Origin: an uncultured bacterium
GTDB lineage: Bacteria > Fidelibacterota > Marinisomatia > Marinisomatales > UBA1611
Direction of reading: 5' to 3'
NCBI GenBank assembly: GCA_964586315.1
Contig: CAZPHE010000007.1
Coordinates: 1 to 53,316, forward strand
DNA length: 53,316 nt
The number at the start of each line of letters is the position of its first letter. The stretch's first letter is position 1. A program made the translations under genes and the position numbers. Under the pieces are notes generated by a model. That model searched no databases and was not told the origin of the DNA. It worked only from the letters and a program-made list of their open reading frames with translations. Positions 17,871 to 31,354 of the stretch are shown here, one piece after another.

Positions 17871-18797
17871 TCAGTTTTCTTTTAAATAAACCATGATCGC
17901 ATTTTGAACATGCATTCTATTTTCAGCTTCATCAAATACAATTGAATTTTTTGATTCCATAACACCATCTGTAACCTCTCGACCTCTTTCAGCTGGAAGG
18001 CAATGCATGAAAAAAGTTTTTTTTCCAGTTTGAGAAAGAAGCTGTTCATTAACTTGAAAATCAGCAAATATTTTTTCCCTTTCATTAGCCTCTTCTTTTT
18101 GACCCATAGATGCCCATACATCTGTATATATAACATCTGCACCATCAACTGCTGAATGTGGTTCATGAGATAATTCATAGGTAGAAATATTTGAACCTTC
18201 AACCATTTTGGTAGTTTCCATATCTGGTTCGAATCCGGGAGGAGAACAGCAAACAAAATGCATAGGTAATTTAGTTGCTAACTGTAACCAAGAATGGACA
18301 ATATTATTGCCATCGCCCATATAAGTTATTTTTAAATTATCAAGATTGCCTCTGTGTTCAAAAACTGTCATAATATCAGCTAATATCTGACAAGGATGAT
18401 TATAATCAGTTAAACCATTTATCACAGGTATTTTAGAATATTCTGCTAATTCCAAAATATGGTTATGATCAAAAAGTCTCGCCATAATTAAATCATTATA
18501 TCTACTAAATAGTCTTGATATATCCTTAATGGCTTCTCGCTTACCTATTCCAATATCTTTTGGACCTAAGAAAAGAGCATGCCCGCCCATCCATTCAAAT
18601 CCGGTTTCAAAAGAAACGCGAGTTCGAGCAGATGGTTTTGCAAATATCATAGCAAGAGATTGATTTTTAAAAGGTTTGTAGTTCTCCTTATTTTGAAATT
18701 TAGTTTTTAATTCTTTAGCCAGGTTAATTAATCCCCAAAGTTCATTATTATTGTAATCAGAAAGATGTAAAAAATGTTTTGGCTTAATTCTCGTCAT
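17871..18797 (-). CDS. argF: Ornithine carbamoyltransferase
   Basis: SARTRVSFE, NHPCQ, DVWASMG, FMHCLP, EAENRMH. Confidence 0.96.
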   Translation of the reverse strand: MTRIKPKHFLHLSDYNNNELWGLINLAKELKTKFQNKENYKPFKNQSLAMIFAKPSARTRVSFETGFEWMGGHALFLGPKDIGIGKREAIKDISRLFSRYNDLIMARLFDHNHILELAEYSKIPVINGLTDYNHPCQILADIMTVFEHRGNLDNLKITYMGDGNNIVHSWLQLATKLPMHFVCCSPPGFEPDMETTKMVEGSNISTYELSHEPHSAVDGADVIYTDVWASMGQKEEANEREKIFADFQVNEQLLSQTGKKTFFMHCLPAERGREVTDGVMESKNSIVFDEAENRMHVQNAIMVYLKEN

Positions 18798-20134
18798 AAA
18801 ATATACCGACTCAAATCTTGGTCCTCTAAAATACCATCTAATGATTCCTTAACAATTTTAGCAGTTATTTTTATTCTTGTTTGACCAGGTTTTGGATGTT
18901 CAAATAATGGTTTTTCAAGTAACGTTGACATAATTGTATGTAATCTTCTAGCCCCAATGTTTTCCATAGTACTATTTACACTTGAGGCTAATTCAGCGAT
19001 TGCTCTAATTGCAGCCTTATTAAATTCTAATTCTACATTTTCAGTACTTAATAACGCTGTATATTGTTTTATCAATGCAGAACGTGGATGCGTAAGGATT
19101 TTTATAAAATCACCTGTAGTTAATTTATCTAGCTCTACTCTAATTGGAAATCTTCCTTGAAGTTCTGGAATCATATCTGAGGGTGCGCTTACATGGAATG
19201 CACCTGCTGCAATAAACAAGATGTGATCCGTTCCTAATACACCATATTTTGTATTTACATTACTTCCTTCAACAATAGGTAATAAATCTCGCTGAACACC
19301 TTCGCGACTAACGTCAGGACCTGATTTCCCATTATTGCCAACAACTTTATCGATTTCATCTAAAAATACAATACCATTGTTCTCTGTCCTCTCCCTTGCA
19401 ATCCTAAAAACCTCATCTTGATCAATTAATTTTGCAGATTCATTTTCTATTAATACTTCCCTTGCTTCCGATACTGGCATTTTCTTAATTCGTTTTGTTT
19501 TAGGTAATGCACCTGTTAGCATATCTTTAATATTCATTCCAATATCTTCCATCCCCATAGGGCCAAGAACATGCATACCGATGGTGGCCTCATCAGTAGT
19601 TTCAACTTCAATTATTTTATCCTCAAATTCTCCATTTGTTAATTTTTCCCGAATCCTACTCCGTGTCCTTTGATGACGATCGATTAATTCTTTTGATTGT
19701 TCAGAGTTTCCTTTAGGGTTATCAGGAAATAAAATATCAATGATTCTTTCATCCGCTAATTTCTTAGCTAGTTCAACAACTTCATCCTCTTTTTCTCTAG
19801 CAACCATAGATACAGCGGTGTCCATCAAATCTCTAACAATAGATTCAACATCTCTTCCAACATAACCTACCTCTGTAAATTTGCTTGCTTCAACTTTTAT
19901 AAATGGAGCATTAGCAAGAGCCGCTAGTCTGCGCGCTATTTCCGTTTTCCCAACACCAGTTGATCCAATCATTATAATATTATTAGGCATAATTTCATCT
20001 TTGAGTTTTCCTTCCACCTGCTGCCTGCGCCATCTGTTTCTTAAAGCAATGGAAACGGCTTTTTTTGCACTCGTTTGCCCAATAATATACTTATCAAGTT
20101 CTTTAACAATTTGCTTAGGTGTCATTTGTTTCAT
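18794..20134 (-). CDS. hslU: HslUV protease ATPase subunit
   Basis: GSTGVGKT, EVGYVGRD pore loop, FLDEIDK, GVQRDLLP, ENIGARRL. Confidence 0.98.
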   Translation of the reverse strand: MKQMTPKQIVKELDKYIIGQTSAKKAVSIALRNRWRRQQVEGKLKDEIMPNNIIMIGSTGVGKTEIARRLAALANAPFIKVEASKFTEVGYVGRDVESIVRDLMDTAVSMVAREKEDEVVELAKKLADERIIDILFPDNPKGNSEQSKELIDRHQRTRSRIREKLTNGEFEDKIIEVETTDEATIGMHVLGPMGMEDIGMNIKDMLTGALPKTKRIKKMPVSEAREVLIENESAKLIDQDEVFRIARERTENNGIVFLDEIDKVVGNNGKSGPDVSREGVQRDLLPIVEGSNVNTKYGVLGTDHILFIAAGAFHVSAPSDMIPELQGRFPIRVELDKLTTGDFIKILTHPRSALIKQYTALLSTENVELEFNKAAIRAIAELASSVNSTMENIGARRLHTIMSTLLEKPLFEHPKPGQTRIKITAKIVKESLDGILEDQDLSRYIL

Positions 20135-20667
20135 GAGATTTCTAAAACAGAAATTGAATCATTTGTATATATACATAAATCTGCTGCAATTTTCAGAGAA
20201 TTTTCGGCAATTTTTTTTGCAGAGGATTGATGGGTTTTTAAAAATGCTGTTGCTGCAGCATGTGCAAAGCCTCCTCCTGAACCAATCGCAACAACTGGTC
20301 CATCTGGCTCAATAACATTTCCATCTCCAGATATAATAAAACTATATTTCTTATCCATAACAACAAGCATGGCATCAAGATGTCTTAACATTTTATCCAT
20401 TCGCCAGTCCTTTGCTAATTCTACTGTAGATCTTTTTAAATCTCCTTCATATTGTTCCAATTTTTGTTCAAACTTTTCAAATAATGTAAGAGCATCAGCT
20501 GCAGCACCAGCAAATCCTCCCAATACTTTATTCTGTGTTAGATTAAACTCACGAACTTTTACAGCTTTTTGTTTAAAAGACATCTCGCCAAATGTGACTT
20601 GACCATCTCCTGCCATTGCAACTTTTCTTTTATACCGCACTCCAATAATAGTTGTTGATTTAATCAT
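20131..20667 (-). CDS. hslV: HslUV protease peptidase subunit
   Basis: N-terminal nucleophile TTII, GDGQVT, GFAG, IGSGG, CIYTN. Confidence 0.98.
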   Translation of the reverse strand: MIKSTTIIGVRYKRKVAMAGDGQVTFGEMSFKQKAVKVREFNLTQNKVLGGFAGAAADALTLFEKFEQKLEQYEGDLKRSTVELAKDWRMDKMLRHLDAMLVVMDKKYSFIISGDGNVIEPDGPVVAIGSGGGFAHAAATAFLKTHQSSAKKIAENSLKIAADLCIYTNDSISVLEIS

Positions 20668-20682
20668 TTTTCAAAAAATAGT

Positions 20683-21528
20683 TTATTCGGTTAAATTTTT
20701 AAAAAGTTTTGAATCCCCTGGTAAAACCAATGTAGTATTTTTATCAATAACTCTTTCATAAGTTTCTAATGTTCGTAAAAATTCGAAAAATTTGGGATCT
20801 TTAGAAAATGAAGTTGCATAAATATCCAAAGCTTCCGCTTCTCCTTCTCCTCTAATTTGTTGAGAACTTTTGTATGCCTCAGCAAGAATAACTGTTTTAT
20901 CTCTATCCGTAGCAGCTCGAATCTTTTGTGCTTCTTCTTCACCTTCTGATCTGAATTTATTTGCTTGTCGTTTACGTTCTGCTTCCATTCTAGCATAAAT
21001 TGATGCTTCATTCTCTTGAGGTAAATCAACTCGACGAATTCGAACATCAATGACTTCAATTCCATATTTTCTCGTTTCTTCATTACTAGCGACAGTAACC
21101 TTATCCATGATTAGCTCACGATTTTCTGTTATTATTTCTACCATATCATGGGTTCCTAGTTCCTGCCTCAATTCAGAATAAACAATGTCATCCAACCTTG
21201 TTTTGGCAGTCGGTATTGCTTTCACCGTTTGCAGAAAAAGAAGAGGATCTACAATACTCCATCTAACATAATTATCTATAATAAGTGACTTTTTATCTCT
21301 ACTTAATATTTCTTCAGGAGGGACATCATATTCTAGAAGCCGTTTTTCAAAAGAATTAGATGTTTGAATAGGTGCTGGCAATTTCCAATTTAAACCTGGA
21401 TTTTTTATAGTTCTAACAGGTTTCCCAAATTGTAAAATTACTATTTGTTCAGTTTCATCAACGATAATTATTGTTGATAGTCCAAGGAGCATCAGAAATA
21501 AGATTAATACTATTGAGAATGTCTTCAT
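20683..21528 (-). CDS. hflC: FtsH protease modulator HflC
   Basis: SPFH domain; QFGKP, IYARMEAER, RSEGEE, DPKFFEFLRTL. Confidence 0.95.
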   Translation of the reverse strand: MKTFSIVLILFLMLLGLSTIIIVDETEQIVILQFGKPVRTIKNPGLNWKLPAPIQTSNSFEKRLLEYDVPPEEILSRDKKSLIIDNYVRWSIVDPLLFLQTVKAIPTAKTRLDDIVYSELRQELGTHDMVEIITENRELIMDKVTVASNEETRKYGIEVIDVRIRRVDLPQENEASIYARMEAERKRQANKFRSEGEEEAQKIRAATDRDKTVILAEAYKSSQQIRGEGEAEALDIYATSFSKDPKFFEFLRTLETYERVIDKNTTLVLPGDSKLFKNLTE

Positions 21529-22502
21529 TGTTTTTTCTCTCCTTTTTCTTGACCTAGATTAAGATTTAATAAGTTCAACATATTACCACTATCTTTATCT
21601 GGTATAATTATTTTTTCTATATCTGGAAGTACTTTTTCCATTGTTTCAAGATATAGCCTTTTTTCTGTAATACTTTTTGCCTTTCGGTATTCTTTTAAAA
21701 TAGTTGAAAATTTTGCAGCATCACCTTCTGCGCGTTTTACTCTAGATGCCTTAAACCCTTCAGCATCGCGAATCATTGCTTCAGCTTCACCACGAGCCTT
21801 TGGAATTACGTCATTTCTATATCCTTCTGCTTGATTTATCATTCTATTTTTATCTTCTTTTGCAGAAGCTACATCTTTAAAGGCACCAATGACTTCCTTG
21901 GGAGGAGAAACATCTTGCAACTGTACTGCCACAACATGAATACCTGAATTATATTTATTTAATATAGATTGTAATTGATTTTTTGTTTCTTCTTGTATAG
22001 AAAACTTCCCAGTAGTAAGTGTTTCATCAATCCTATTACGTCCCACAACAGTTCTTAAACTCGCTTCAGCTGCTTCACGAACGGTTAACTCTGGACCGAC
22101 AATTTTAAAAAGATAATCAACTGGCTCTTTAATTTTATATTGAACAATCATTTCAGCATCTACGATATTTTCATCACCAGTAAGCATCAAGCTTTCTTTC
22201 TCAACAGTCCTATATTGACCATTTCTTAGAGTTCGAAATCCAATCTCAATTCTTTTTACTTCCGTCACCTTTGGAGTCTTCACTGATTCAATTGGTGATG
22301 GGAATTTCCAATTTAAACCCGATTGTGTCGTTCGAGTATATGCACCAAATGTCCTGACTATACCAACTTCATCTGGTCCAACTATGTAGACTCCTGTTAA
22401 TAACCATAGTACAATTACTGCAATAATAACAGGTCCTATTTTAAAATTAAAATCAGGAATCTCAATCTCTTGATCCCCAACCATTATTCTTCTTGTTGCC
22501 AT
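21525..22502 (-). CDS. hflK: FtsH protease modulator HflK
   Basis: MLTGDENIV, AFKDV, AEGYRNDVIPKARGEA, RLYLETME. Confidence 0.95.
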   Translation of the reverse strand: MATRRIMVGDQEIEIPDFNFKIGPVIIAVIVLWLLTGVYIVGPDEVGIVRTFGAYTRTTQSGLNWKFPSPIESVKTPKVTEVKRIEIGFRTLRNGQYRTVEKESLMLTGDENIVDAEMIVQYKIKEPVDYLFKIVGPELTVREAAEASLRTVVGRNRIDETLTTGKFSIQEETKNQLQSILNKYNSGIHVVAVQLQDVSPPKEVIGAFKDVASAKEDKNRMINQAEGYRNDVIPKARGEAEAMIRDAEGFKASRVKRAEGDAAKFSTILKEYRKAKSITEKRLYLETMEKVLPDIEKIIIPDKDSGNMLNLLNLNLGQEKGEKKQ

Positions 22503-22511
22503 TTTAACTCC

Positions 22512-23858
22512 TTATATTTCTTTTCTTAAACGGGCGACAGGATACCCCATCTGGTCACGATATTTTGCGACTGTTCTTCTTGCAAGAGTAAATCCATCTT
22601 GACTTAATCTTTTTACTAATAAATCATCACTAAAAGGTGACTTTTTATTCTCAGAACAAATTATTTTTTCTAAAGCACGTTTAATAATAAATGTTCCCAA
22701 AATACGACCATCGTTTAATTTAATTGAATCAGTAAAAAAATGTTTTAACTCAAAAATACCATATGGAGTATCTACATATTTCCCTCTTGTGGATCTACTT
22801 ATTGTAGAAATATCCATATTTATTTTTTCTGCAATATCCTGTAGTCTTAAGGGATTAAGATAGTCCATATCCCCATCAAACCATTGAGGTTGAAATTGAA
22901 TAATTGATGACATAACACTTATCAAAGTAACTCTTCTTTGATGAACAGCTTCAATAAACCATTTAGCAGAATCAAATTTTGCCTTTATAAATTTTTTTGC
23001 TTCACCATTTATCTTATTGCTTCCAATCTGATCTTGGTAATATTTACTAATTCGCAATTCTGGAATTCCCATATCATTAGTAGTAATTACCCAATCATCA
23101 TCATCTGGACGAACAATGACATCTGGTATTACTATCTGAAATTTATCTCGATATCCTTCTCCAGGTCGAGGATTTAAATTAGTAATTTTATCAAATGCTT
23201 CATGTAATTCTATATCTGTGCAATTTAACCTGTCTTTAATACGGTCATACCTTTTATGCATAAAGTCATCAAAATATTGATTAACAATACGATACGCAAT
23301 TGATGTAATATCATTTTCTAATTGAATTTCCAAGCATTCTTTTAAATTTCTAGATGCTATTCCTTTTGGTTCTAATCTTTGTATTTTAAATAAAATTGGT
23401 TTTATTTCATCTTCTAATAATTCAAAACGATCTGCAATGAGCACTAAATCTGTATCTAAATAACCTCTTTCATTTGTATTCCAAAGAATCTCTTCTGCAA
23501 TATCGCGTTCTTTATCATCAAATTCTAAATACTCTAGTTGATTAATTAGTTCATCAAGGAGTGTTTTTTGATCCGGTAAGGGCATTTCTTTCTTTTCTTC
23601 AGAAAGATAATAAGTGGATTCATTACTATACATATCTTCCAAAGGAACATCTATATCTTTAATAGAGTTTTCATCTGATATTTCTTCAAGCTGTGATTCA
23701 TCCGGTTCTATTTGTTCCAGTAGAGGATTCTGTTCTAATTCTTCTAAAATCGTTTGTTCAAGATTAATCGTATTTAATTGTAATAATCTTGCATTTAAAA
23801 CTTGTTTAGGTGATAATTTTTGTTTTTGTGTTTGTAATTGTTTTAAAGTGGTTGCCAT
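22512..23858 (-). CDS. rpoN: RNA polymerase sigma-54
   Basis: Gln/Leu-rich region I, ELEQNPLLE, HTH DISTISR and RpoN box ARRTVAKYR. Confidence 0.97.
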   Translation of the reverse strand: MATTLKQLQTQKQKLSPKQVLNARLLQLNTINLEQTILEELEQNPLLEQIEPDESQLEEISDENSIKDIDVPLEDMYSNESTYYLSEEKKEMPLPDQKTLLDELINQLEYLEFDDKERDIAEEILWNTNERGYLDTDLVLIADRFELLEDEIKPILFKIQRLEPKGIASRNLKECLEIQLENDITSIAYRIVNQYFDDFMHKRYDRIKDRLNCTDIELHEAFDKITNLNPRPGEGYRDKFQIVIPDVIVRPDDDDWVITTNDMGIPELRISKYYQDQIGSNKINGEAKKFIKAKFDSAKWFIEAVHQRRVTLISVMSSIIQFQPQWFDGDMDYLNPLRLQDIAEKINMDISTISRSTRGKYVDTPYGIFELKHFFTDSIKLNDGRILGTFIIKRALEKIICSENKKSPFSDDLLVKRLSQDGFTLARRTVAKYRDQMGYPVARLRKEI

Positions 23859-24598
23859 TAATCTAGCCTAAATTTTTCACCAAGATATAACCGCTTCGCT
23901 TCTTCATCATTTGCAAGAAATTCAGAAGAACCAGATTTTAAAATCTGACCATCAAATAATAAATATGATCGATCTGTTATGGATAAAGTTTCTCTAACAT
24001 TATGATCTGTAATAAGAACACCTATATCTTTTTGTTTTAGTGAATGTACAATTTCTTGAATTTCTTCAACAGCGATAGGATCAACACCAGCAAAAGGTTC
24101 ATCCAATAAAATAAAATCAGGGTCCATACAAAGGCTTCTTGCAATTTCAACACGACGGCGTTCGCCTCCAGACAAAGTGTTACCTTTATTTTTTGCTAAA
24201 TGTAAAACTGAAAAATCTTCAAGAAGCGTTTCCATTTTTTTTTGTTGATCTTTCAGCTTTAAATCTTTTCTCATTTCAAGCACTAATTTTAAATTTTCTT
24301 CAACTGTTAATTTTCCAAAAATAGATGGTTCTTGAGCAAGATAACCAATGCCTTTTCTTGCTCTTATATACATTGCATCTTTAGTTATGTCATACATATC
24401 CAAGAAAACATTACCCATCGTAGGTTTAATCATTCCTGTTATCATGTAAAATGATGTGGTTTTACCTGCACCATTAGGACCTAAAAGGCCGACAACCTCC
24501 CCACGTTCCACAAAAAGATCTACACCTTTCACTACCAATTTTTCTCCATATTCTTTATGTAAACCTTTTGTACTCAAGGTTTGGTGCTGTATTCTCAT
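23858..24598 (-). CDS. lptB: LPS export ABC ATPase
   Basis: GPNGAGKTT, YLAQEPSIF, LSGGERRRVEIAR, DEPFAGVDP, TDHNVRETL. Confidence 0.97.
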   Translation of the reverse strand: MRIQHQTLSTKGLHKEYGEKLVVKGVDLFVERGEVVGLLGPNGAGKTTSFYMITGMIKPTMGNVFLDMYDITKDAMYIRARKGIGYLAQEPSIFGKLTVEENLKLVLEMRKDLKLKDQQKKMETLLEDFSVLHLAKNKGNTLSGGERRRVEIARSLCMDPDFILLDEPFAGVDPIAVEEIQEIVHSLKQKDIGVLITDHNVRETLSITDRSYLLFDGQILKSGSSEFLANDEEAKRLYLGEKFRLD

Positions 24599-25119
24599 TC
24601 AAATTCTCGCCCAGTTACACCTGATGGATTTAATATTTTCCAATTTTCTAAGTCTGAATCAGATTCAAAACCAATACCATAAAGAGTATCTTCTTCTAAG
24701 GTTGTAATCATTATATTGCTTTTTGTGACAAGTTTTTCCCCTTTAGAATTCCAATTAAGTGTTTGAGAATAAAGTGTGATACCACTATCCGATATTGCTA
24801 CAACATTTCCCATAGCTTTCATATCATTAGAGTTCTGGTTTATTTCTGCTTTATTTGCTGTAAGTATGGATGTATGTTTTTCTGAATTATCAAAAAAATC
24901 TACAATAACGCTACTATCCAACATAATAGATTCTTTTTCATTAAATTTTTGTAGATGACCTGATTTGATCTTTGCACGAATAATTCCTTCATCTGTTAGT
25001 AAAATTGTCACACCCCAACTTTCTTGATCTGGCATTCCTTCTCTTGAAGGAAGTTCTTCAATAACTTCTTGAGAACAAGATAAAAGAATTATAGGAAACA
25101 TAAAAAATGAACGAATCAT
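24595..25119 (-). CDS. lptC: LPS export periplasmic protein LptC
   Basis: Lipobox-like LLSC, PDQESW, beta-jellyroll pattern, GIGFESD; lies between kdsC and lptB. Confidence 0.85.
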   Translation of the reverse strand: MIRSFFMFPIILLSCSQEVIEELPSREGMPDQESWGVTILLTDEGIIRAKIKSGHLQKFNEKESIMLDSSVIVDFFDNSEKHTSILTANKAEINQNSNDMKAMGNVVAISDSGITLYSQTLNWNSKGEKLVTKSNIMITTLEEDTLYGIGFESDSDLENWKILNPSGVTGREFE

Positions 25120-25648
25120 ATAATTGTTTTTTTTATTCGTTGCTTCATAATTTCCAATATTTCTATTCTTCGACCCTGTTTTTCAACTATCCATTCAACT
25201 GCTTCTCTAAATGCACCATTTCCACCCGAGAGATTAGTAATATATAACGCAATCTCTTTCACCATTGGTGTAGCATTTGCTACAGAAATTGGCAACGCTA
25301 CTTTTTCCATTACTGGGATATCAATAATATCATCTCCGATATATGCAATTTCTGAATCATCAAGAGAATATTTCAATTTTAATTCTTCATAGGCTGGTAT
25401 TTTATTCAATGAACCATTATATACATCATCAATATTTAGTTCATCTGCTCGGCTTTTTGTAGCTGGAGAGAATCTTCCTGAAATAAGGGCAATTTTTAAT
25501 TCAGCCGCTCGAGCCATTGCCATTCCCACACCATCTGAAACTGTAAATTTTTTTAATTCCAGTCCATCCAGCCCTTTATAAATTGATCCATCTGTCCATA
25601 CACCATCTACATCTGAGATTAACATCTTAATTCTATTTATATCTATTT

Positions 25649-25652
<4 letters not shown>
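25116..25652 (-). CDS. kdsC: KDO-8-phosphate phosphatase (HAD)
   Basis: [29 protein letters not shown]. Confidence 0.93.
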
Positions 25653-28813
<3,161 letters not shown>

Positions 28814-28894
28814 ACTTCAAAGTAGGCATGTTTTTTCTATAAAATTTACCCTTACATCTAAAGAAAGAACAGAGTGATCTAATTGCTAGTAGTA

Positions 28895-30139
28895 TTATTC
28901 AAATCTTAAAGATTCTATAGGATCTAATTGCGCTGCTCTCCAAGCAGGATAAATCCCAAACCCAATTCCAATAATTGAGCATACCACTAAACCAATAATA
29001 GTCCAGTCAATCGGTATAACAGAAGGAATATTAAAAAGAATAGAAACAATATTGCCACCACCAATCCCCAAAATTATTCCAACAACTCCACCAAATTCAC
29101 TTAAGAAAACAGCTTCCATTAAAAATTGAGTCAAAATATCTCCTTTTGTTGCACCAATTGCTTTGCGAATACCTATTTCTTTAATTCTTTCAGTTACAGA
29201 GACCAACATAATATTCATAATTCCAATACCTGCAACTAACAAAGCAATTATACTTACGGATAATGCAAAAATCTTTATCCCTTTTGTAAAACCTGAGAAC
29301 TGGTCAATCATTTCTGTATTTGTTATAATTTCAAAATCATTTTCTTTTTCTGGAGATACTTTTCGAATTGACCGTAATAAACCTATAATTTCATCTTTTG
29401 TTTTTTCATAACCTGATTCAGAAGCAGCCTCTACATGTATTCTAATACTGCTCCATTGATTGGAAAACTTTTCTATAAATGTAGAAATTGGAATGGCAAT
29501 GAAATTATCTTTGCTTTCTCCAAATGCTTCTCCCTGCCTTTCAGTAACTCCTATCACAAAATAATCAAGACCATTTATTTTTATTCTTTTTCCAATTGGA
29601 TCTTCAAAAGGGAATAACCTATCTACAATATCCATTCCAAGAATACAAACATTTTTAGAATAATGGATATCATCAAAAACAAAATTTCTCCCATCTGAAA
29701 GAAAAGTATTATAAAACCTTATGGTGCCTTCATCCCCTCCTGCAATTTGAACAGAATTATTGACTTTTTTATCTCGATATTTTATATCTCTTGTAACTGA
29801 TTGATCTGCTGCACTTATCAATAATGGTCTTTTAGCTCTTGATTTCAATTTTTTATATTGATCAATTGTAATATTCTCCCGATTACGATATTTACCACCA
29901 TGACCAAATTGTATCTCTGGATATTTCTGAATAATAAAAGTATTCGCTGCAAATACGTTAAGACCTGATGCAATTGATGACTCCAAAGTACGTATAGCGG
30001 TCATTACCCCAATTACAGAAAAAACACCAATACTAATTCCTAAGAGAGTTAACGATGATCTAAGTTTGTTTTTTCGAATTGCGTCAATTGCCATCCAAAA
30101 ACTTTCTTTTAATACATTATTTAAATTTCTTGAGACCAT
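28895..30139 (-). CDS. MacB/FtsX-family ABC permease
   Basis: KLRSSLTLLGISIG, GIGIMNIMLVSVTERIKEIGIRKAIGA, LDPIESLRFE. Confidence 0.93.
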   Translation of the reverse strand: MVSRNLNNVLKESFWMAIDAIRKNKLRSSLTLLGISIGVFSVIGVMTAIRTLESSIASGLNVFAANTFIIQKYPEIQFGHGGKYRNRENITIDQYKKLKSRAKRPLLISAADQSVTRDIKYRDKKVNNSVQIAGGDEGTIRFYNTFLSDGRNFVFDDIHYSKNVCILGMDIVDRLFPFEDPIGKRIKINGLDYFVIGVTERQGEAFGESKDNFIAIPISTFIEKFSNQWSSIRIHVEAASESGYEKTKDEIIGLLRSIRKVSPEKENDFEIITNTEMIDQFSGFTKGIKIFALSVSIIALLVAGIGIMNIMLVSVTERIKEIGIRKAIGATKGDILTQFLMEAVFLSEFGGVVGIILGIGGGNIVSILFNIPSVIPIDWTIIGLVVCSIIGIGFGIYPAWRAAQLDPIESLRFE

Positions 30140-30142
30140 CAA

Positions 30143-31354
30143 CTATTCATATCTAAGAGAATCAATTGGATCAAGATTCGCAGCACGATAAGATGGTATA
30201 AATCCGGATAAAATGCCAACTACCATACTCATTACAATTGCAAAACATGCCAGTCCAATATCTAATGTAGATGGAAATATTTTATTTAGAAGAGTACTAC
30301 AAATATAAGCAGATAATAATCCTATCATACCTGCGAAAAGGCAAATTGTTACTGCTTCCATTAAAAATTGACTCATGATCATTCCTTTGGTTGCACCAAT
30401 CGCTTTTCGAACTCCAATCTCTCTTGTTCGTTCCTTTACAGAAACAAACATTATATTCATAACACCAATACCACCAACAATTAGAGATAAAAGTGTAATG
30501 AAGGTTCCAGTGCCACCTATTGCTATTTTTAAAGCATTATATTGTTTCTCAAATGCCTTAGTTTGGTTTATTGCAAAATCATTTTCTTGGCTGGGCTTTA
30601 AACCTCTAATATGACGCATTACGAACGAAATTTCATCTAAACTTTCATCTATTTTATCTTCTGGAACTTTAACGCTTAATCTCATAAAACCTCTTTTAGA
30701 AAATATTCTATTATAGGCACCAAGTGGAAGTATTGCTTGCTTATCTACACTCATAAGACCGAGAAATTTTCCCTGCTTTTCTAAAACGCCAATGATCCTA
30801 AATTTCATCTTATCTATTTTTATATACTCACCTATCGGATCTTGATTTCCAAAAAAAGCTTCTTTGATTCCATCCCCTATCACTGTTACTCTCGCACCCG
30901 ATCTATCCTCGTTTTTTGTAAAAAATCTTCCTTGTACAATATTTGTTGATATGGTCTCCATATAATCTTCATTTGTACCAAAAATTTGTGTTCGGGTCTC
31001 TTTATCTTCATAAGATAAAGATGCACTTCTCTGCATAACAGGTGCAACAGCCAGAGCATATTTGGATCTTTGTCTAATTTTCTTAACATCGTCAGGGTCT
31101 ATTGGGGGTCTGTTTCTTACCTCCCACCATTCCATATCACTAAACCATTCCCAACGACTAATATATAATATATCTTTACCCAACCAAGACATGCTGCTTT
31201 CAAATGTTTTGTCTAACCCCGAAATAAGTGTTCCCATCATTGTTACTGAAAGAACACCAATAATAATACCCAAAGCAGTAAGTACAGATCTTGTTTTATT
31301 AGAAAAAACAGAAGATAATGAAATCGTAAAATTTTCTAAGAAGAGAAGAAACAT
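30143..31354 (-). CDS. MacB/FtsX-family ABC permease
   Basis: KTRSVLTALGIIIG, GIGVMNIMFVSVKERTREIGVRKAIGA, LDPIDSLRYE. Confidence 0.93.
   Translation of the reverse strand: MFLLFLENFTISLSSVFSNKTRSVLTALGIIIGVLSVTMMGTLISGLDKTFESSMSWLGKDILYISRWEWFSDMEWWEVRNRPPIDPDDVKKIRQRSKYALAVAPVMQRSASLSYEDKETRTQIFGTNEDYMETISTNIVQGRFFTKNEDRSGARVTVIGDGIKEAFFGNQDPIGEYIKIDKMKFRIIGVLEKQGKFLGLMSVDKQAILPLGAYNRIFSKRGFMRLSVKVPEDKIDESLDEISFVMRHIRGLKPSQENDFAINQTKAFEKQYNALKIAIGGTGTFITLLSLIVGGIGVMNIMFVSVKERTREIGVRKAIGATKGMIMSQFLMEAVTICLFAGMIGLLSAYICSTLLNKIFPSTLDIGLACFAIVMSMVVGILSGFIPSYRAANLDPIDSLRYE

Noticed and set aside
28895-31354. Nucleotide similarity between the two permease 3' regions as a repeat element
   Set aside because: Explained by paralogous FtsX-domain coding sequence.
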